Virus record (IMG/VR): IMGVR_UViG_3300020200_001050
Location: 2,381-66,380 of that record
Strand: one strand, 5' to 3'
Length of the DNA stretch: 64,000 bases
Source: a virus
The translations under genes and the position numbers were made by a program. The first letter of the stretch is position 1, and the number at the start of each line of letters is the position of its first letter. The notes beneath the pieces were generated by a model. The model was not told where the DNA came from, ran no database searches, and saw only the letters and a list, made by a program, of their open reading frames with translations. This document shows positions 8,057-17,121 of this stretch, piece after piece.

Positions 8057-9085
8057 TTACACTTTTTTCCAAAACGCGAGTTTTGTTTTCGCGGTAAGTC
8101 CTGATGCGGAGTCACGATAAATTGCCTGTGTTAATTCTTCACTGGTGTGCCCATTTAAAATCATTTCGTTAATGTCTTTTCCACGAATTGTCTCAGACCA
8201 GAACATCACTCGATATCCTCCGTAAATGGCTTTGCGCATCATTTCTACAATTTCTTTATTGCGTCGTTCATTATCAAAGACCAAATATACATCCGAATGA
8301 TTGACCTGTGCCGCAACTGTCATCAAATTCACATCCCCCGACGCGACGGCATTTTCAAAGAACAAACTATCCAATGGACCTTCTGTGATGATCAGAGGTT
8401 GATCGGATTTGATTCGTTCAAGCCCATATACCAACTTTTCTGTGCCATCTGTAAGACGAATCGTGACATAGCGTAACTCAGCAGCGGCAGCAAGAGCGCG
8501 ACCAGACATCGCTGCCAGGGACCCATATGTATCATAAAAAGGAATTAGTAATCGGGCATCAGCGCGAACTTTCTTCAATTCGTCAGGAGCTAAGTGACGA
8601 ATTACTGTTTCATAGTTATCGGTATAATGAAGCAATGACCATCGGGACACCGGAATCTGTCGGCGCATCAAGTACAACCGACAATGATGTTGATCAGGAA
8701 GATAATCGCATCGTTCAGCACCTTCAATTGTAGTCTGTTTGACTACATCAAATCGGACCGCAGGAATACTTTGTACTCGCGTCTGCTGAATCTTCTTTTG
8801 ATGCTGGTGTGAATCACTGTATGATTCAAGCAGATACTCCTTATATAGTAAAGAATCGAATTGTTTAAGAATCGTTCGAATCTGATGCGTTCTGGCGCAA
8901 TTGTGACATTTATAGATGATCCGATCCTTCTCGCGAAAGAAGTACCCACGCATCTTGGTTTTCTTTTTTTGTGAATCGCCACAAAGAAAACATCGACAGT
9001 TCCATAAATATTCAGACTTACGATGAAAGCCTTCTAGACGTACCGAGATCAGCTGCAAATATTTAATATCGATGAATAAGGACAT
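8057..9085 (-). CDS. gp61: DNA primase
   Basis: Zn finger RCFLCGDS...KCHNC; TOPRIM EGPLDS, DNERRN, KDINEM. Confidence 0.95.
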   Translation of the reverse strand: MSLFIDIKYLQLISVRLEGFHRKSEYLWNCRCFLCGDSQKKKTKMRGYFFREKDRIIYKCHNCARTHQIRTILKQFDSLLYKEYLLESYSDSHQHQKKIQQTRVQSIPAVRFDVVKQTTIEGAERCDYLPDQHHCRLYLMRRQIPVSRWSLLHYTDNYETVIRHLAPDELKKVRADARLLIPFYDTYGSLAAMSGRALAAAAELRYVTIRLTDGTEKLVYGLERIKSDQPLIITEGPLDSLFFENAVASGDVNLMTVAAQVNHSDVYLVFDNERRNKEIVEMMRKAIYGGYRVMFWSETIRGKDINEMILNGHTSEELTQAIYRDSASGLTAKTKLAFWKKV

Positions 9086-9091
9086 TGACTC

Positions 9092-9120
9092 ATTATATAT
9101 TATTCACAACTAAATGACAA
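9092..9120 (-). promoter_or_regulatory. Sigma70-type promoter for primase
   Basis: TTGTCA-N17-TATAAT, ending 6 nt before the ATG. Confidence 0.65.
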
Positions 9121-9121
9121 A

Positions 9122-9592
9122 TTATTTCAGTAGATTTTCAATTATAGGAACTTGTATTTTTGCAGTGTAATATCCAATAAAGAAAATTAGAACCAGAATT
9201 GCCCAAATGACCTTACTGATTCTTCCAAGATCAAAGATTGAGAAAAATGATTCATTTTGTTTTTCACACTTATCAGCTGTATTGCGTGCATTGATATAGT
9301 CCAGAATTTTTTGTTCTTTTCGTTCAATCATATCTTCAATATCGCGGACAACGGTGGCGATCCGCGCATACAAATCCTTAATATCCTGTTGAAAAGAAGT
9401 TTGAAATCGTTCATGCTGCTCATGTTTTTCCTCATGAAGAGCAATCATGCGCAGCAAATTGACATTGACTTCTTGGATTTTTTCAATAGACTGAGATAAC
9501 CGATCAAACAACATCATAGTCTGTTGAATGTCTCGTGTCAATAAACCAGATTCCAACTTCAACTGTGAAACGTCTTCTTGTAAATCAGACAT
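9122..9592 (-). CDS. Coiled-coil protein with C-terminal transmembrane helix
   Basis: Heptad-rich body plus VIWAILVLIFFIGYY; start placed at the ATG after AAGGAA. Confidence 0.6.
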   Translation of the reverse strand: MSDLQEDVSQLKLESGLLTRDIQQTMMLFDRLSQSIEKIQEVNVNLLRMIALHEEKHEQHERFQTSFQQDIKDLYARIATVVRDIEDMIERKEQKILDYINARNTADKCEKQNESFFSIFDLGRISKVIWAILVLIFFIGYYTAKIQVPIIENLLK

Positions 9593-9600
9593 GGAATTCC

Positions 9601-9960
9601 TTATTTCTTTCCATACCGAAGATAACACATGGCGCCCGTTCGCTCATCCTGAATCACGATAGGACGGCTGTAGTCTTCATGAGCATATGCACGAATGGCT
9701 TGCCCAATCTCATCATCACCAACATAATTCTCGTAGCGAGTATATTTCTTTTTACCCAATCGTGCTTTATGAAACCAGTCAGCATTGACTTCAAAGACTT
9801 CAGCGCCAGCGAACTTTTTCCGACGCACTATACTTCTCGGTGGTGCACCAGGTTCTCCCTGCGCCCCCACACCGATTCCTGCAATATCACCGCTTCCTGC
9901 TGACATCGTTGGAGCATCTTCAGTTTGCATAGATGGTGAATTTTTTTGTTGTTGGTTCAT
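9601..9960 (-). CDS. Hypothetical T4-like protein
   Basis: TEDAPTMSAGSGDIAG motif as seen in marine T4-like phage proteins. Confidence 0.65.
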   Translation of the reverse strand: MNQQQKNSPSMQTEDAPTMSAGSGDIAGIGVGAQGEPGAPPRSIVRRKKFAGAEVFEVNADWFHKARLGKKKYTRYENYVGDDEIGQAIRAYAHEDYSRPIVIQDERTGAMCYLRYGKK

Positions 9961-9971
9961 AGTATGTTCCG

Positions 9972-10358
9972 TTATATTTTTCTTAAAGAATTAATAACAT
10001 GCTCATTCATGGGAATGAGCGATGTAATGATGTCGCCATCTCGTATTCCTCGAACAATCTTTGGTAAAACATTCAATAAAATTAAAAACGGTTTTAACAC
10101 TGAATATTCTGATGACCGAATAAAGTAAAACAATAATCGCGTTGAAGGTTCTACACCAAACACATTATAAATTGCAACTAAATGATTTAAAATTAATCGC
10201 TCTCGTAATTCTCCCGTCTTTTGATATCGACGAAACAAGCGACCCAGATAACTGAATCGCTTGAAATCGTCTCTAAATTCGCTCTTGATACAGTTGGGGC
10301 GCTCATACGCCTTGACTGCATAGAGCATTACATTTTCATCTGTCAACATCTCAAACAT
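9972..10358 (-). CDS. Conserved T4-like hypothetical protein
   Basis: LYAVKAY..P.C...EF.DD.KRF.Y...ELRERLILNH motif. Confidence 0.75.
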   Translation of the reverse strand: MFEMLTDENVMLYAVKAYERPNCIKSEFRDDFKRFSYLGRLFRRYQKTGELRERLILNHLVAIYNVFGVEPSTRLLFYFIRSSEYSVLKPFLILLNVLPKIVRGIRDGDIITSLIPMNEHVINSLRKI

Positions 10359-10361
10359 TTG

Positions 10362-10772
10362 TTAAGTGTCGAGCGGCTCACCCTCATCATCTTCTGCAGA
10401 AAATAAAAAATCATTCAGGGTTGGCTCGTCCATAATTTCCGCATAAAAATCATACAATCCATTATCATTTTGAACATATGCGAGATACAAAAACAATTGC
10501 TTAGAGCCATTAATTAAGTATATATGTTCATCCTCCATGGGGTCTAATGAATGGGCAAATACAGGCAAAATTAATTTATAATTTGACATCAATTGATGCA
10601 CACGCCCGTATCCAATCGCAGGACTTAAAATTGGCATTTCAAATGCATCAGAAAACTGATCGTTCAATGCATTGTGCCAATTATCCCCCAAGGTCTGATC
10701 CATGGGTCCTGCTAAACCCACGGTAACTATATCTTCTTCATCAATGGCAAATTGTTTAAATGAAATTGCCAT
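10362..10772 (-). CDS. Acidic hypothetical protein with capsid-targeting-like N-terminus
   Basis: Starts MAISFKQFAIDEE; AGGAG SD. Confidence 0.6.
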   Translation of the reverse strand: MAISFKQFAIDEEDIVTVGLAGPMDQTLGDNWHNALNDQFSDAFEMPILSPAIGYGRVHQLMSNYKLILPVFAHSLDPMEDEHIYLINGSKQLFLYLAYVQNDNGLYDFYAEIMDEPTLNDFLFSAEDDEGEPLDT

Positions 10773-10799
10773 AATAGATTCTCCTACATGTTATACATA

Positions 10800-11093
10800 T
10801 TATGTTATTGACCCCATGGCAACGATTGTTTCAACATGAGTACGTCCAGCACGGCCACCCGTGCCTGTTCTCTTAAGTACCCATCCCGCATGACCACCCT
10901 TCACCGTTCCCGCTGTATTTTGTTCCGTAGCAGTCACACCAAACACGCCATCCGTTGAGCCTGTAAAAAATACATTTGCTGTCGTGTTCTCAAAGGCTAA
11001 ATCCATATTAGCCTGAGTCTGGGCGACTCTAAGTTGTGAAAGCACAAGCTTTGGTGCGCTTGTATTTGCGTCAGTTGATTTCCATAGAGACAT
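10800..11093 (-). CDS. Putative virion structural/decoration protein
   Basis: MSLW...HAGWV..TGTGGRAGR..ETIVAM motif of small structural proteins in marine T4-like phages. Confidence 0.6.
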   Translation of the reverse strand: MSLWKSTDANTSAPKLVLSQLRVAQTQANMDLAFENTTANVFFTGSTDGVFGVTATEQNTAGTVKGGHAGWVLKRTGTGGRAGRTHVETIVAMGSIT

Positions 11094-11114
11094 TGTATTA
11101 CTCCTTGTAAAAAG

Positions 11115-11615
11115 TTAATAAATCCCGTGCTTCTTTAATTGATCTAGTGTATGACTCACACTCTGATGATAAATAGTTTTACCCCCAGCCCGTTCAAACT
11201 CAATAATGTTATCTTTAAAATCATCAATTAACAAATTCGAACCTGCTTCCGATTGTGCATAATATTTCTTCTCTGATCGTTTCACAATATGAACTCGATT
11301 CAACGAAACTCCTAGATTCTTTTTGACCCACATCATTTTACCAATTCGTGAATACTTTACTCCCGCTTCGCGATCCCAGGAGGCTTCTGCGGACAAGATT
11401 TGTGCGTCATATTTAGTAATTACACGCCATAACCGCATCGCATCAGGCATCATCGGTAGATTGCTCCAAAATATCTCTTTCAACTTCAGAATTCTTTCCT
11501 GATCTTCTTTCTTCACCGAATCTAACACCGAAGACATAAAACGATGCCCGACAGCGAGTTCAGCCCCACGCTCGAAATTGACCAACACCCCATCCATATC
11601 ACAGTAAATAATCAT
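11115..11615 (-). CDS. HAD-family 5'(3')-nucleotidase
   Basis: IYCDMDGVLVNF, LLIDD, GGKTIYH. Confidence 0.85.
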   Translation of the reverse strand: MIIYCDMDGVLVNFERGAELAVGHRFMSSVLDSVKKEDQERILKLKEIFWSNLPMMPDAMRLWRVITKYDAQILSAEASWDREAGVKYSRIGKMMWVKKNLGVSLNRVHIVKRSEKKYYAQSEAGSNLLIDDFKDNIIEFERAGGKTIYHQSVSHTLDQLKKHGIY

Positions 11616-12193
11616 GGTGTTATTGTAAGAATAGGACGATACTCTGGATCTTTCTCAAATTCTGTTTTACCATTTAATTTTGTCTTTTGCTTCTCCTGTG
11701 CAGACTTGATGGTATCTTTAAGAATTTTATTTTTGCGATTCTCTTTGGGGACATCTTTATTTTCTTGTTCAACTTCTTCATGCATTTTGTATCCTTGTTT
11801 TTTCAAACCGGCTACAACATCTTCATGTGATTTTTTATGTGTTTCTTTCTTTTTTGATTTTGTATGTTCAACTTCATAGTTATAACCACCCTCACCACCT
11901 TTATGCCAGATATATGCTTTACCGTGTTCTGGATGGCTCATGATATTAACAAGTTTTACTTCATCAATCTGTTCAACTTCTTCTGTACGGACTTCAGACA
12001 CTGTATGTGGAGTTAAATCTTCTGGATGAGCAGTTGCTGCTCCCAGTCGATATCGATTTTTACTTGGATGTATATTCTTAGGTTGAATATTTACATGACC
12101 TGAATTGTGAACGTGAATCACCGCATGGGGATGCCCCTTATGCGGTCCAATCTTTGGAACAACTAAATCTCCAACTTTATATTTGTGCGTCAT
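11612..12193 (-). CDS. His-rich modular protein (KOW/SH3-like N-domain) with EEVEQIDE linkers
   Basis: YKVGDLV...G.HKG; EEVEQIDE and HEEVEQE spacers. Confidence 0.6.
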   Translation of the reverse strand: MTHKYKVGDLVVPKIGPHKGHPHAVIHVHNSGHVNIQPKNIHPSKNRYRLGAATAHPEDLTPHTVSEVRTEEVEQIDEVKLVNIMSHPEHGKAYIWHKGGEGGYNYEVEHTKSKKKETHKKSHEDVVAGLKKQGYKMHEEVEQENKDVPKENRKNKILKDTIKSAQEKQKTKLNGKTEFEKDPEYRPILTITP

Positions 12194-12197
12194 AAAA

Positions 12198-13373
12198 TTA
12201 ATCTTTCTTGGCTATTTTAGTGGCTGTTGCGTACATAACTTCTTTCGCACGCTCACCATAGTGTTCCTTGAACCCAGGCAGTTTCTTCTTCATACTCATC
12301 ACTACTTCTTCTTTCTTCTTTTTCTCAGCAGATGTCAATTCACGTTCCTCCATTTTGTGACCACCGCGCAACGCAGTCAAATCGTGCTGATCAATCTTGT
12401 GTGGATTACCCGCAACTTTCGCGACGTTTTTCTGCTTTGGTGTCATCTCAGTTTCTTGCATCAGTTCAGTTGCTTCTTTTCGCAACGTCTTGATCGTTTT
12501 CCACACACCCCGACTCTTCTCTGTTTCGTCTTCGCGAATGTGTGCGCCAGCTCTGGTTTTGTAAGCCTTGTTTGCATGTGTGTCCCTTAGTCTTTCGTAT
12601 TTGGACTCTGGGTCCTGCTCGTAAGGACGAGGCGCATCATGTCTGGCTTTGATTTTGGCCTTTAAAGTCTCGATATTTGCCCTCGATACCATACCTTTTC
12701 TTTTGCCCGATTCAATGTCTGATCTATAGCGTTTGCCTCTAATAAAGGACGCACCGCCTATAGAGCCTTGAGGCCGTTGACTCAAATCGCCGTATTTTGG
12801 AGGTGTATCTGATACAGCTCTCATTCTACCACTTGAGGGACGACCGTGCCACCACTCGTCCTCAGCACCACTTATTTTCTGTGCCACACCAGTTTTTGTT
12901 TTATAATTATATGGATAATTCCGCCATTTCGCTCGTTCTGTAATCGTTTCAACTGTGACGCCATTGATCGCATCAGCATCAAACATTTCTATTTCTTCAT
13001 TCTTTACTGCTTGAACTGCTGGCTTCGCAACTTCAGCCTTCTTGCCCTTGCCTTCTGCCTTCTCTTGCGCTGCCTTAACTTCTTGTGTGAACTGCTCACT
13101 GTCGGGCTCTTCTGATACAGTTTTCATTCTACCAGTTGAGGGGCTACCGTGGTGCTGCTCTTCCTCACCACCACTTATTTTCCTTGCTGCTCCAGAAATT
13201 CCAGAACGAGCGAGTCTTGCTGCTCCAGAAATTCCAGAACCAACGAGTCTTGCTACTCCAGCGAGTCCAGCGATTTCAGTCAGCTGATCTAGCTGCGCAG
13301 TAGTCCGATGTTCCATCAATTTCTTATAATCAAACTTTCCATTCGTCTTAAATTGTTCTGCGAATCGTGCCAT
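12198..13373 (-). CDS. Putative head-internal modular protein with internal repeats
   Basis: Repeated (L/I/V/M)xE(E) linkers; duplicated KISG..E..HG.PS.GRM..VS; C-terminal VMYATATKIAK; AAGGAG SD. Confidence 0.65.
   Translation of the reverse strand: MARFAEQFKTNGKFDYKKLMEHRTTAQLDQLTEIAGLAGVARLVGSGISGAARLARSGISGAARKISGGEEEQHHGSPSTGRMKTVSEEPDSEQFTQEVKAAQEKAEGKGKKAEVAKPAVQAVKNEEIEMFDADAINGVTVETITERAKWRNYPYNYKTKTGVAQKISGAEDEWWHGRPSSGRMRAVSDTPPKYGDLSQRPQGSIGGASFIRGKRYRSDIESGKRKGMVSRANIETLKAKIKARHDAPRPYEQDPESKYERLRDTHANKAYKTRAGAHIREDETEKSRGVWKTIKTLRKEATELMQETEMTPKQKNVAKVAGNPHKIDQHDLTALRGGHKMEERELTSAEKKKKEEVVMSMKKKLPGFKEHYGERAKEVMYATATKIAKKD
12808..13182. repeat. 72-bp imperfect direct repeat (12808-12879 and 13111-13182)
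   Basis: Both copies read tctgatacag..tcattctacca.ttgaggg...accacttattttc. Confidence 0.85.
13183..13261. repeat. 33-bp tandem repeat (2 copies plus a partial third)
   Basis: cttgctgctccagaaattccagaac at 13183 and 13216; partial copy at 13249. Confidence 0.9.
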
Positions 13374-13411
13374 AAATAACTCCTTCTATTAGAGAATTTC
13401 AGTTAACAATA

Positions 13412-15412
13412 CTAATAATTGCTTTGCGAGTCGGTCTTCCTTTTTTTCTTTCGCAAAAAAATTGTTCGTTTAACTGGTGCGGACGCTTGCCCATCTAACT
13501 TGAAATTAATCTCATCTTTCCCAGGACCAAATAAAGGTGGCGTTGTTTCATCATATCCAAACGACGTTTCGCGAATAGACTTTTTAATTTCTGATAACGA
13601 TTTTGGCTTCACAGATTTAGTTTCCATCAGTTGTGTGTAATAGTCGGGACGCTCCTTTAGATGGTCCAGCGCAATCTGCATGGCGAGAGTGTCATTCTGC
13701 GCGTGTTCACATTCCATTTCAATTCCCATTTCTAACTGCGCAACAATCGTTGATGGTGAAACACCATGCGCTTTCGCGAGTCTATCCACATCACTTTCGC
13801 TAGTTTCCTCAGTAATATAGAATTCGCGCAATGGTTTGGTGTTGCGTGAATTCATTCCAGGCGCGGGCATTCCTGGCGCTGCGGGCATCTTAATATCATG
13901 TGTGACTGGAACAAGTTTACCTTGTTTTGTTATATGTGTGATTTTCCCCATCTTTCCATAGCGACCAAATCCATAATATTGAAGACCCAGTGCATGTGCG
14001 GCTTTGCCCACTTCTGAATGTTTGACAGTTTCCCCCCCTGTCAACACTCCCATTCCAAATTGATGTTGAGTGTGCGCGTGTTGGACCTTTTTTTCCAGTG
14101 ACGCATCAATCCAAGCTTGCGCTTTGGGATCTTCAGCCCCCTGTTCAGTAAACTTCTTGATGGTTTTCCAAATATTTTCAAGTTCTTTCGTTTTCTGTTT
14201 GCGAATGGTCGAATCTAAATTAGAATTTGCTCGTAGATCATCAGAATTATCAAAATTTATAAAATTGTCTCCAAACTCTTTTTCAAATTCAGATTTAAAT
14301 TTTTGTGAGGTTGCCCACTTTTCTTTACGAATTTCTTCAGGCACAGTACGTCCGCCGCGCTCACCGCGTTCAACATTTCGTTGTTTAGAGATATTATCAG
14401 CGGTATTCACAAAAATCATCAGAGTTGAGTACCCCAAATCTTCTAAGTTCTTTTTGATACGCAGTGTCTTCTCTGGGTTATCAGCGGTTCCATTAATAAT
14501 TAATCCATTACGACCATCTAACGCCAATTGTTGTCGCACATCCGTTATCGACTTGGCGCGTTTCCGCACTCCTTCATGTTTCTCTCGTTCTGCGTCGGGC
14601 ATTTTCTTATTCAGGTGTTCTTTATCCATCAAAAATTCAAAGGCTTTGTCAGAGTTGATTTCAGTAAGACCGTGCCCATCCAGCGTTTTCTTGAGAACAA
14701 AATCTTTGCCTGATCCAGGACCACCGACAAGAAATACCGCTTTAAAGATCGCGGCATCATGAACACCCTCTGTTAATTCGGCTGATTCTTTTAAACTCAT
14801 ACCTTGACGAACGTCATGATAGAGTTCTTTGGTATGAGCATCCGAGAGATGTCGCGGAACGCCTTTTCGAAATTCTTTGAAGTTGCCCGATTGAGCATAT
14901 TCGCGCATCTTGGACGCACTTACGCCCTCTACACCTTCCGCATCGGGATCGCGTTTTCCAGCAGAGACGATTTTGATAGACTTAAATTTGTACTCTTTGC
15001 CATTATATTTGTTAAGCAATTGCTTAAAGTCGTGCGTTCGGTCACTACCTGCCACGAAGATTAGATGCTTATGCCCTGCCTTATTCAAGCGTTTGGCGTG
15101 GTGAATCAACGTTGGAGCATCAGCGGATGCTACAGTAATTGTAATATCAGGAAAATATCGCTTGAGATGTTTTAGTTTTTGTTTGGGAGATAGCGGATTA
15201 TTTTTAGCATCTTGTGTCGAGGAGACAACAAGTTCTTTATAATGCCCATCACCCGCCGCGTGAATTGCATCCACCAATTTGACATGACCAATCGTTGGAG
15301 GATTTAGACGACCAAATGCCATAACAGCAGTGGTTTCTTTATCTTCCAAAAGAAGATGTGGAGAATTGTCAGAAGTGTTAGTATTAGAAGAAAAGACCGA
15401 ATTCGTTGACAT
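13412..15412 (-). CDS. Fusion: HxGH nucleotidyltransferase + P-loop (zeta/AAA_33-like) kinase + DUF5661-like domain
   Basis: FGRLNPPTIGH, VAGSDR, VSASKMR; GGPGSGKD, INSD, RNVER; QLEMGIEMECEH...IALDHLKERPDYYTQL. Confidence 0.8.
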   Translation of the reverse strand: MSTNSVFSSNTNTSDNSPHLLLEDKETTAVMAFGRLNPPTIGHVKLVDAIHAAGDGHYKELVVSSTQDAKNNPLSPKQKLKHLKRYFPDITITVASADAPTLIHHAKRLNKAGHKHLIFVAGSDRTHDFKQLLNKYNGKEYKFKSIKIVSAGKRDPDAEGVEGVSASKMREYAQSGNFKEFRKGVPRHLSDAHTKELYHDVRQGMSLKESAELTEGVHDAAIFKAVFLVGGPGSGKDFVLKKTLDGHGLTEINSDKAFEFLMDKEHLNKKMPDAEREKHEGVRKRAKSITDVRQQLALDGRNGLIINGTADNPEKTLRIKKNLEDLGYSTLMIFVNTADNISKQRNVERGERGGRTVPEEIRKEKWATSQKFKSEFEKEFGDNFINFDNSDDLRANSNLDSTIRKQKTKELENIWKTIKKFTEQGAEDPKAQAWIDASLEKKVQHAHTQHQFGMGVLTGGETVKHSEVGKAAHALGLQYYGFGRYGKMGKITHITKQGKLVPVTHDIKMPAAPGMPAPGMNSRNTKPLREFYITEETSESDVDRLAKAHGVSPSTIVAQLEMGIEMECEHAQNDTLAMQIALDHLKERPDYYTQLMETKSVKPKSLSEIKKSIRETSFGYDETTPPLFGPGKDEINFKLDGQASAPVKRTIFLRKKKRKTDSQSNY

Positions 15413-15441
15413 TCTTCGCCTCTACAGCAAATAGTCTATTC

Positions 15442-16416
15442 TTATTTAGTCTTTTTGTGATTTGCGACAGCAAGAATATCGTCGACGGTGTTACCTATTA
15501 GGTGCGTAGACCGCACATACTGATACCCCGCCAGGAGCTGTTCGCAATTGACGGTATAAGACTTCAAAATGCCTTCTAATTCCGACTCAGTTTCATAGAC
15601 AGTGCCATATGGCTGAAGCACACGCGCTCCAGCGATGTTTCGTGCTATCCAAGGTGTCTGATTCAAGAGACATTCTAGGAGTACCAATCCGAATCCTTCT
15701 TCGCTAGAATTCATAATGTAGACATTAGCATCGGCAATCGCATTGGCAACGTCCTGTTCATCCTCAAGCATCAGTGGGCGAACACAAGAAGAGGGAGTCG
15801 GCATGAGATTCATAGAATTATCATATCCTGTGGTGACCAATAGTGCGTTGTCGAGTTGGGCTCGTTCAAATGTCTGTGCTAACTCGCGCATGCGTTTGTG
15901 TGCCCAGTATCCTCCACACGACACAAAAAGACGCACTGTCGGAGAAATGTCATATTTTGCGCGAAATGCGCCACGTATACCAGTGCGCCGCTGTGAATCA
16001 ATTCCATGACGCACCGTGAATGATCGAGCCAGCACGTCATAATGTTTCGCATGATCCCAATCTTCTCGCGTAGAACAGCCAATCGCTGCAGCATAATTCA
16101 TAGCCAGCTGGCAGACTTGACTATTAGAAGGCTTGATAATCAAATATAAGACAGGAGAAGTCAAACGAGGAATTGCGGACAAAACAGCATTTTGAATATA
16201 GACATCTCCTCCATGTACAACAATTAAATCAAAGGGATCATCAAAAATAATTCCATCAGACGTAACTCGAACGCCATTCAAATCACCGCCATGTTTTCCT
16301 GTAAATACTGTAACATCGTGCCCACGTCGTACACACTCTTCTGCCATCCACTGAACATAATACTCTGAGCCGCCAGGAAACGGCGCATATCGGTGAACCA
16401 CAAAACAGAGTTTCAT
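15442..16416 (-). CDS. GT-B glycosyltransferase (GT4-like)
   Basis: GGSE..V...A...RGHDVTV; EGFGLVLLE. Confidence 0.88.
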   Translation of the reverse strand: MKLCFVVHRYAPFPGGSEYYVQWMAEECVRRGHDVTVFTGKHGGDLNGVRVTSDGIIFDDPFDLIVVHGGDVYIQNAVLSAIPRLTSPVLYLIIKPSNSQVCQLAMNYAAAIGCSTREDWDHAKHYDVLARSFTVRHGIDSQRRTGIRGAFRAKYDISPTVRLFVSCGGYWAHKRMRELAQTFERAQLDNALLVTTGYDNSMNLMPTPSSCVRPLMLEDEQDVANAIADANVYIMNSSEEGFGLVLLECLLNQTPWIARNIAGARVLQPYGTVYETESELEGILKSYTVNCEQLLAGYQYVRSTHLIGNTVDDILAVANHKKTK

Positions 16417-17120
16417 CGTTTCTCCGTTCTCAACCACAACCACTGAGGATGCTCATCCTTACACGGCTCAGTCAACACAATATCAGTATGATGAAATCCC
16501 GCACGTTCTACATCCGCTGTCAAGACAGACAAATCTTCCACTCGCACATCTTTGTCCACGAATTCTTTTTCATTTGTATATGAATCGGTGAAATAATCCA
16601 CGGAACGAGGATGTCCTGAACCATATCCCGTTTGAAAACAAAAATATCCGCCAGGTGTCAAAATTCGCTGAACTTCGCGATACAGATTCAAACGCACCGA
16701 TCGCGAAGTAATATGTTGATGAGAAATCACCATAAACACTATATCGTAACTCGCATTTCCAATCATTGGCAAAGACTTGCCGTCCATAGCCCAAAGATTA
16801 GGAATAGGCACTCGTGCATCTGAAAGATTGATACGTGCTTTATTCAAGGTATCAGGAGCAATATCTACTCCATCAATTCGTTTGAACCAATTATGAAACA
16901 GAATCATATTGCGCCCAGGACCACATCCGATCTCTAGTACCAGTTTCTCTTTCATGTTCTCAATGCCACGAAAAAGATGACTTTTATAATAAGGAAACTT
17001 GTTGTGAAAATCATACCAACCCACTACGGGATTTTTATTCTCAAGTGACCATCCCTGAGAAATTTGATTCCAGAAATCAGATTGTCGCTGTAAGAATGTC
17101 TGTTCACTCAGCTGTGCCAT
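16413..17120 (-). CDS. Class I SAM-dependent methyltransferase
   Basis: VLEIGCGPGR, GVDIA, RILTPGG. Confidence 0.88.
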   Translation of the reverse strand: MAQLSEQTFLQRQSDFWNQISQGWSLENKNPVVGWYDFHNKFPYYKSHLFRGIENMKEKLVLEIGCGPGRNMILFHNWFKRIDGVDIAPDTLNKARINLSDARVPIPNLWAMDGKSLPMIGNASYDIVFMVISHQHITSRSVRLNLYREVQRILTPGGYFCFQTGYGSGHPRSVDYFTDSYTNEKEFVDKDVRVEDLSVLTADVERAGFHHTDIVLTEPCKDEHPQWLWLRTEKR

Positions 17121-17121
17121 G

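Noticed and set aside
14070-14762. 230-aa plus-strand ORF (and the other plus-strand ORFs in the track)
   Set aside because: Antisense shadows of well-supported minus-strand genes, with no recognisable motifs.
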